This document shows, in pieces, positions 28,846-35,206 of a DNA stretch of 64,000 nucleotides; the stretch's first letter is position 1; every line of letters starts with the position of its first letter. Source of the DNA: Candidatus Eremiobacteria bacterium (lineage in GTDB: Bacteria; Vulcanimicrobiota; Vulcanimicrobiia; Vulcanimicrobiales; Vulcanimicrobiaceae); assembly GCA_963696095.1 (NCBI GenBank), contig CAVOIN010000002.1, positions 403,939 through 467,938 on the forward strand. The letters run 5' to 3'. The notes below the pieces were generated by a model. That model made no database searches and was not told the DNA's origin. It worked only from the letters and a program-made list of their open reading frames with translations. The position numbers were made by a program, and so were the translations under genes.

Positions 28846-29694
28846 TTATCGAACGGTGAGCGTCATGTTTTGAATGCTCGCGTTAATTTGCGTCATCGAT
28901 GATCCACCACCGTTGGCAAGCTCCCAACGCCATTTGTAGGGGCCAAAATTCCACCACGGGCCGCCGTTGCCACCGCCGCTATTTGAATAGTTTGCGCCGT
29001 TCACATTTGCTACGAGCGCACCGTTGCGATAGAGCTTGACGTTACCGCTCGACGACTGCGACGGAACCATGACGATCGTCCAGTCGTCTTTCTCGCCGGC
29101 CGTATAGCTGCCGCTCCATACGTAGCCGCTGCACGTACTCAAGTACCACTTCTGCGCGGCTCCGACGACGCCGCCGTTATAGAAACCGAGACCCGTGCAC
29201 GCGTTTCCGCCGCCGTACGCGTGAACTTGAAAGATCGAACTGCGCGCATCGCGATCGTAGCCCATTCCTGGTCTGCTACCGGCAGATGTTCCGTCGACGT
29301 ACCGGAAGCTCCACGTATATTGACGTCCGTCGGTCAACCGGGAATTATTGCCATTCGCATCCATAGGCGAAGCCTGATTGCGGCCGCAGCTCGTTCCGGA
29401 GCGCGAAAGGGTAAAATTGAACGTTGCGCCACTGGCAACCGGGGACCCGCATTGATATGTGTTCGATTTCACCCAGCGTCCCAGTTGCGCGTTTCCGGCT
29501 TGCCAAACGACCGATCCGGCCGTTGTTGACGCCACTGCATCCGTAATACCTGCGGCCGCAGGCGCTGCCTGCGATGTGGAACTCGTAATTGCCGGCAGTG
29601 CCGACGGCGAATTGCCTGTGCTTCCGGCTCCCCCGCAAGCCGCAAGACTTATCGTCAAGGCAACAGGAAATAGACGCTGTAACGATTTCAGCAT
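28846..29694 (-). CDS. secreted lipoprotein, polysaccharide-lyase-like jelly-roll domain (paralog 3)
   Basis: Lipobox ISLAAC. SIFQVH and WWNFGPYKWRWELANGGGSSMTQINASIQNMTLT. AGAGGA RBS. Confidence 0.55.
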   Translation of the reverse strand: MLKSLQRLFPVALTISLAACGGAGSTGNSPSALPAITSSTSQAAPAAAGITDAVASTTAGSVVWQAGNAQLGRWVKSNTYQCGSPVASGATFNFTLSRSGTSCGRNQASPMDANGNNSRLTDGRQYTWSFRYVDGTSAGSRPGMGYDRDARSSIFQVHAYGGGNACTGLGFYNGGVVGAAQKWYLSTCSGYVWSGSYTAGEKDDWTIVMVPSQSSSGNVKLYRNGALVANVNGANYSNSGGGNGGPWWNFGPYKWRWELANGGGSSMTQINASIQNMTLTVR

Positions 29695-29882
29695 TAGTCC
29701 TCTTTATGTTTTGATTTGCCGGCGAGCTTGTCGCAAATGGCCGGCTCAAGCTGCTAATGCTTCCGTGCTTGTCTGCGCATCTCGGGGAGAAGTGAGTGCA
29801 GAACGCAGTTCCTAGGCACGCTCAAGCGCGCCCAACATTGTTATTTTCGGAGCCGAAGCGGCAGATATTAGCGCCGCATCAC

Positions 29883-29888
29883 ATTATA
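29883..29888 (-). promoter_or_regulatory. candidate -10 box (TATAAT) in an AT-rich 380-bp intergenic region upstream of paralog 3
   Basis: Minus strand reads ...ttaattgcattctaattcTATAATgtg. No good -35. Would give a 5' UTR of about 185 nt. Confidence 0.35.
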
Positions 29889-30078
29889 GAATTAGAATGC
29901 AATTAACCGTCCCTTGAGCTCGTAGAGATCACCTTTGCAGCCTGCGAGTTTAGGAGGATTGCAGTGGAGCGCAGGTCCGAAAGCGGCGCGAATGCGCCTG
30001 CGAGTGAAGATCGGACCTTCTTAGTGGAGAATGCTTTCGTTTGGCCCGGTGCGAGAAAGCTGCCTAGCTGAAGCAGAG

Positions 30079-31569
30079 CTATTCTGCTAAGCGTAGTAAC
30101 CGTACGCGAGAGCCGTAGAAATGCCTGTCGCTTAACGTTTTATAGCGGGAAGCAAAGAAGCGGTCGACTACCGGACATCCGAACGCAATATTTGCCGAAG
30201 TACATTCGCCGGCCGTAATCAGCCATATCTCGCGCGAACGCGGAACGCGCGCCCGAAGCTCAACTTCATTGTGCACCACAAACCGCGTCACGTCATATCG
30301 TTGAAAATTGACGGCTTCCGGGATCGCAACTACACGATTCGGCCCGTGATAGTAATATGCAAACGGCAGCGCATTCTCGGCTTCGAATATGACGATCGGT
30401 TCGCGGGAGCGTTCGTGAGACTGAAGATAAGCGGTTGCGCGTTGCCAGTCGCCGGGCTTGGCTAGCGGCGCATACGTTTGAGCTACAGCTAATGTAGAAA
30501 GAGCCAACGCGATCACGAACCACGCGTACGACGCTCTGCGTGCTAGTTTAGGCCGCAGAAAGGTTAACAGGCCGAATACGCTCAGAATAGCCGGTACGTA
30601 CATGAACGCGGCATGGCGGGTCAAGATATGCACCCTTGCCGCATAAGCCCCAAGCGCGAATAGGAAGACCGCACATATTGTAATGAATGGCAGCATGCCG
30701 TCGCCGCTTCGACGGAACGCGCGCCGGCCAAGAATCGCGGCGACTGCGCCGATGGCCGCCAGGGCGAGATAGATCGCGGTAGCGTGCTGCAGCAAAATAG
30801 GAAGGACGAAACGCAGCAATATCCGACACAAAAAGGCTAATGAGTGGAATGGCGACGCCGGCGCAGCGAAGCCCCCATCGAAGTTCTGCACCTGGCCCGG
30901 CACAACGAACACCATGGGAGAGAATGCAATAGCTACCGCTGCGTCGACGATGAGAAAAGACACGAGCGCGTCGCGCCGGTACGCCAGAAGCGCGAAGCCT
31001 TGCGCAGCAATAAGGAATGCCAGATAGTATTGCGTATAGAGCGCGACCACAGCGCACGCCGCGTAGAATATCACCGCTCCGATGGATCTGCGGCGCGCAA
31101 GGAATGCGTCGTAAAACGAGAGCAATAGAAGTGCCGAAAGCAGCACGACGAGCGCATAGACGCGCATCTCGACCGCAGCCCAAATGAGAAACGGGTTCCA
31201 TGCCGTTGCAAAGGTTGTTATCGCAGGGTTTACGCTCGGCAAATATCGGCGAGTGAGCGCCGGAACCAAAGCAATTGTAACGGCCGCACATGCTATCGAA
31301 AAACACCTGAGAAACAATACGCTCGAGGTGATGTGGCGAAGCAAAACTATCAGCACGAAGTACAGCGGCGCGTTTTGTTCAAACGCCAAGGACTGGTGCA
31401 CGGCGTACGCTACATCGCGACTGGTCGTTTGCAGCGTATAGGCCTCGTCTTGCCAGATATTTAGATATGCAGCGAGCGGAAACGTTACGAGAACGCAAAC
31501 GACGGCAGCCGTTATCGCTAGCGGAAGGCGGCGCACGCCAATCGAGGAAAGGCGGTCCGCAGCGGTCAT
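30079..31569 (-). CDS. GT-C fold glycosyltransferase (ArnT/PMT-like, GT39/GT83 type)
   Basis: 496 aa, many TM helices. An early loop acidic motif (NIWQDEAY) follows TM1. C-terminal soluble domain. Confidence 0.55.
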   Translation of the reverse strand: MTAADRLSSIGVRRLPLAITAAVVCVLVTFPLAAYLNIWQDEAYTLQTTSRDVAYAVHQSLAFEQNAPLYFVLIVLLRHITSSVLFLRCFSIACAAVTIALVPALTRRYLPSVNPAITTFATAWNPFLIWAAVEMRVYALVVLLSALLLLSFYDAFLARRRSIGAVIFYAACAVVALYTQYYLAFLIAAQGFALLAYRRDALVSFLIVDAAVAIAFSPMVFVVPGQVQNFDGGFAAPASPFHSLAFLCRILLRFVLPILLQHATAIYLALAAIGAVAAILGRRAFRRSGDGMLPFITICAVFLFALGAYAARVHILTRHAAFMYVPAILSVFGLLTFLRPKLARRASYAWFVIALALSTLAVAQTYAPLAKPGDWQRATAYLQSHERSREPIVIFEAENALPFAYYYHGPNRVVAIPEAVNFQRYDVTRFVVHNEVELRARVPRSREIWLITAGECTSANIAFGCPVVDRFFASRYKTLSDRHFYGSRVRLLRLAE

Positions 31570-32777
31570 CGCGCCTGCGGCTCAAGACAACGGCTAAACG
31601 TTGGGCGTGGACGCGCCAACTTCTTTTGAATCGCTGTGCGCATAATGGAGCCGGTGTTCTGCCAAGTGTAGCGCTTCGAGAGCTCCCAGCTTGATGCACC
31701 CATGCGCCGGCACACTGACTCATCGGCAAGCAGCGACGTGAGCCGATCCGCGTACGCTGCCACGTCACCCGGCGCCACGGTATATCCGTTCTTGCCGTCG
31801 ATGACGAAATCAGGAATCGCAGCGATTTTAGGTGCTACGACCGGAAGCTTATACGTGATAGCTTCGATGAAAGAAATTCCGAATGCCTCTCGCAGCGTCG
31901 GTAAGCAAAAGACCGAGGCGTTTGCGTAATGTTGCGCGACCTCGCTTGGCGGAATGCGTCCTACTACCTGAACGCCGGACTCTTTGATATCCGGGGAGCA
32001 GCCGACTATAGTGAGTGTAGCGTCAGGGATGCGCGCTCGCACGACGCGGAACGCTTCTAAAAGTTGCGGACCGCCTTTATTTTTCCAGTTTACCCCGACA
32101 AAAAGGACGTTCTTACGGTCGTATCGCTCTTGAGGGGCGAGCGATAGGGGAATATTGGGGCCGCCGTACGCGCAGACGACGCTTTCGGGATCGCAAGAAT
32201 AGTCCTCGATCATTGACCGGCCTACGTTGCTACTCATAACGAAGTTGGTCGATGCGCCGTGATAAAGCTTTCGCTCCAACCGGAGCCACAGGTCGCTTAC
32301 GGGAACGTCGCGCTCGGCGCAATCGGCATACTGACGGTGCGCTAGCACGGTATTGTCAGTGTAAACGAAGTTAGGTATGCCGGGCACGGCGGCATCGAAT
32401 AGCGACTGCATCTGAAAAGAAAAGAGGTAGTTGTCGCGTGTTGCAACGGCGGCTTGAGCCGCGCGGCTTCGCAGTTCAAACAGAAACGTCGTCCAATACC
32501 GCCGCCAGCGGACTTCCCACAGACGCGCCCCCATAGCGCGGTGGAACTCTTTGATCCCGTGGATCGACGTCAAAACGCGCATCGTGTTGTGCGTCTGCCG
32601 TTCCAATTCGACATTGAGGTCAATCCAGTCGACGTCGCAGTCGGGGAACTGCTGCTCCAGCATACGAGCGACGCTTGGATTCGTAAACGAATTAGCGCCG
32701 AGGCCTATCAGCGCTATGCGCGGGCGCTTTCCGCTCACGCCGGCACCGGACTTCCTCGAACTCACCGCGGCAGTCAT
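31566..32777 (-). CDS. GT4 glycosyltransferase
   Basis: 403 aa. REAFGISFIEAITYKLPVVAPKIAAIPDFVIDGKNGY. ATGA overlap with the downstream GT-C gene. Confidence 0.65.
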   Translation of the reverse strand: MTAAVSSRKSGAGVSGKRPRIALIGLGANSFTNPSVARMLEQQFPDCDVDWIDLNVELERQTHNTMRVLTSIHGIKEFHRAMGARLWEVRWRRYWTTFLFELRSRAAQAAVATRDNYLFSFQMQSLFDAAVPGIPNFVYTDNTVLAHRQYADCAERDVPVSDLWLRLERKLYHGASTNFVMSSNVGRSMIEDYSCDPESVVCAYGGPNIPLSLAPQERYDRKNVLFVGVNWKNKGGPQLLEAFRVVRARIPDATLTIVGCSPDIKESGVQVVGRIPPSEVAQHYANASVFCLPTLREAFGISFIEAITYKLPVVAPKIAAIPDFVIDGKNGYTVAPGDVAAYADRLTSLLADESVCRRMGASSWELSKRYTWQNTGSIMRTAIQKKLARPRPTFSRCLEPQAR

Positions 32778-32816
32778 TACATAGATTCTATGCTGCTCGC
32801 ATCAAGAAGTGCGCGT

Positions 32817-32832
32817 TGCGAAGGCCTTCGCA
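32817..32832. promoter_or_regulatory. perfect 16-bp palindrome in a divergent promoter region
   Basis: TGCGAAGGCCTTCGCA between the GT4 gene (minus strand) and the GT87-like gene (plus strand). Confidence 0.4.
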
Positions 32833-32932
32833 CCGGAGGTATAAAGTCCCTGACGCCTCTAGTTCCTTCGTTTCAAAATTTGGACGATTATCCCTAGCCG
32901 CGCCAAGCATTTGCCACTTAAGTTAAATTGGT

Positions 32933-34363
32933 ATGCGCAGAACCGGTGACACCCTAGGATTTATCGGCGTATCATTGCTCATAATAACCCTGAGTTTTAT
33001 GCTTGCGCGTGGCGGGACGCCAGAGCGTTCGAGCTTCAAAGCGTTTTACTGCGCCGGTGCCGCCATCGACGCCCATCGCGATCCGTACTTAGTGGAACCC
33101 CTGCGTTCTTGCGAACGCCATTTCGTTGCCAAAGAACTCCCTCCGGGATATGTAGAACCGGCTCCGCTACCCGGCTACACCTTGGCGCTGTTCGGGCCGC
33201 TCGCACGGTTGCCGGCAGTAGTGGCAGCGGAAGTCTTTTGTGCAATTCTGGCGTTGGCGACTATTGCTACAGCGGCATTTATTGCAGCGATAAGCGATAC
33301 GCCGAAAACGGCGGTGCTGCTCGCACTTATGCCGCTCGCGCTTTTAAACGCGGCCTACGGCGAATTACCGCCGATCGCCATGCTCGGAATCGCTGCGGCT
33401 GCCTATTTCTTGGCGAGGCGCAAGTATGCTGCGGCGGGCGTCGCCGTGTGCGTCGCGCTCATCGAACCGAACGTGGGACTGGTCGCGGCAGTTGCGGCCT
33501 TCGCATTTCTGCCTCGAACGCGGCTCGCTATTTCCGCCTCCGCCGCGTTTCTAGCGATTGCCAGCGTTCTCGCGCTCGGCGTCACGACGAACATAGAATA
33601 TTTTTCAGTGGCGTTGCCAATTCAACAGATATCGGAACTCGTAGCGTCAGACCAATACAGTTCGAGCCGGATCCTGTACGAGCTAGGATTTGCGCCCAAC
33701 GTTTGCATAGCCGTTGCGAAGGGCTTCTTCTTCTTGATGGCCGCATTTAGCATAGTACTTGCGTGGCAGGTCTCAAAGCGAACCCATCGCCACGAGTTCA
33801 TAGCGTTGATTCCCCCGGCCGTGATTTTGTTCGGCGGCATTTACGTCCATGACATTCAGATGATCTTGGCTCTGCCGGCAGCAATCACGGTGGCCGCAAT
33901 TAAGCGCGCCCCACTTTATAAGTGGACTGCCGCGCTTTCGACCGTGCTTTTGAGTCTGGTCTGGACCGAGCACGCCGGCCGCGCCGTAGTCGCGCTAAGC
34001 GCGACGTGCGCGGCCGGCGTGCTCTTCGCCTTATCGAACGATTCGGAACGTAAGCGGGTCTTCAATGCTGCGATCGGAGCCGTGTGCGCCGTTGTCGCGG
34101 TGATCATCATTCAACGCGCGCAACGGCCCATCGCGCCTAGCGCCTTTACCTCGCGCTACTTCGATGCTTTACCGTCCGAGATAGCCGCAATCGCTTGGGC
34201 GCGTTATCTTAATGCTACGCCCGCGTTAACGCACACGGAATACTTTCTAAAGCTTCCGTCTTGGATCGGGCTCTTGGGATTGATCGTGTGTTGCGTCTCT
34301 CTTGCTCTAAACCGGGAGGCCGGTGTGGAACCGCCTTACGCTAGTCCGTTACGAATGGCGTGA
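32933..34363 (+). CDS. DUF2029/GT87-like polyprenol-phosphate-sugar-dependent glycosyltransferase (GT-C)
   Basis: 476 aa, about 10 or more TM helices. N-terminal FKAFYCAGAAIDAHRDPY resembles the DUF2029 signature. Confidence 0.5.
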   Translation: MRRTGDTLGFIGVSLLIITLSFMLARGGTPERSSFKAFYCAGAAIDAHRDPYLVEPLRSCERHFVAKELPPGYVEPAPLPGYTLALFGPLARLPAVVAAEVFCAILALATIATAAFIAAISDTPKTAVLLALMPLALLNAAYGELPPIAMLGIAAAAYFLARRKYAAAGVAVCVALIEPNVGLVAAVAAFAFLPRTRLAISASAAFLAIASVLALGVTTNIEYFSVALPIQQISELVASDQYSSSRILYELGFAPNVCIAVAKGFFFLMAAFSIVLAWQVSKRTHRHEFIALIPPAVILFGGIYVHDIQMILALPAAITVAAIKRAPLYKWTAALSTVLLSLVWTEHAGRAVVALSATCAAGVLFALSNDSERKRVFNAAIGAVCAVVAVIIIQRAQRPIAPSAFTSRYFDALPSEIAAIAWARYLNATPALTHTEYFLKLPSWIGLLGLIVCCVSLALNREAGVEPPYASPLRMA

Positions 34364-34965
34364 ACTGCGGCTTGCGATCGAGCGGTGAAGTGCAACTTGG
34401 AGAAGATGTGACTGACATGATTCTTCACGGTTTTTTCCGACAGAATCAAGCGATGGCCGATGTCGCGATTTGAAAGCCCCTGTCCAATCAGACGGATGAT
34501 GTCCATCTCGCGCGGCGATAATTGCGTTCCGGTCATGCGATTTGCCGGCGCGCGGCGGCGAAAAAACGCACCCGCGACGCGCGGATCTACGTAGCTTGAG
34601 CCCTCGCCGAGCGTCTTGATGGCGCTCACCAGTTCCTGAAGCGAGGAGTCTTTCACAATGTAGGCGTCTGCGCCGGCCGAAAGACAATGTTGTAAAAACT
34701 CCGGTTGCGTGTGCATCGACAACGCGCAGATGCGAATCGCCGGAAATCGAGCGCGAAAGTGCTCGACGACATCGTCGATATCATCGTTATCGATGTCCAC
34801 GACCACTACGTCAACCTGCTCCATCCCTCGTAGAGTCGCCTCGCGGTCAGGGACGATGCCGAGAATTTTGACAGCCGGATCCGCGGAGAGAGCTTGGGCA
34901 ACCGCCTTCCCGAACAGAAGCTGTTTCTCGACAATGCATACGTTTGTAGGTTTCGACATATTCAT
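34336..34965 (-). CDS. NarL/LuxR-family response regulator with atypical receiver domain
   Basis: REC domain (VVVDIDND, ICALSM, YIVKD), but the acidic pair reads EK. LuxR HTH is LSPREMDIIRLIGQGLSNRDIGHRLILSEKTVKNHV. Start at ATG 34965 or 34959. 28-nt convergent overlap with 32933..34363. Confidence 0.75.
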   Translation of the reverse strand: MNMSKPTNVCIVEKQLLFGKAVAQALSADPAVKILGIVPDREATLRGMEQVDVVVVDIDNDDIDDVVEHFRARFPAIRICALSMHTQPEFLQHCLSAGADAYIVKDSSLQELVSAIKTLGEGSSYVDPRVAGAFFRRRAPANRMTGTQLSPREMDIIRLIGQGLSNRDIGHRLILSEKTVKNHVSHIFSKLHFTARSQAAVHAIRNGLA

Positions 34966-35206
34966 TGCTTTCTCGCGACGTGCTAGAAACAGCAACGCCG
35001 CCGAGCTCCAAGGCAGAAATCGGCTCAGTTCAGGGCAATATGCGGGGGCGCTTGCCGTTTACGCAGGCCCTTGCGCCTCAGCTGGAGCGAATGCCCTGGC
35101 ACTCGCTCCTGGGCTTATTTAAAAACAGATTAGAAGCATGAACAAGGGGCGAACGTACCGGGTCTAAAGCCACGGTAAATAGGGCTGAATACCAGCGGGG
35201 GCCGGG

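Noticed and set aside
35040-35110. Hairpin GGAGCGA...TCGCTCC downstream of the 992-aa gene, as a terminator.
   Set aside because: There is no U-tract on the relevant (minus) strand and the loop is long, so support was too weak to list it as a feature.
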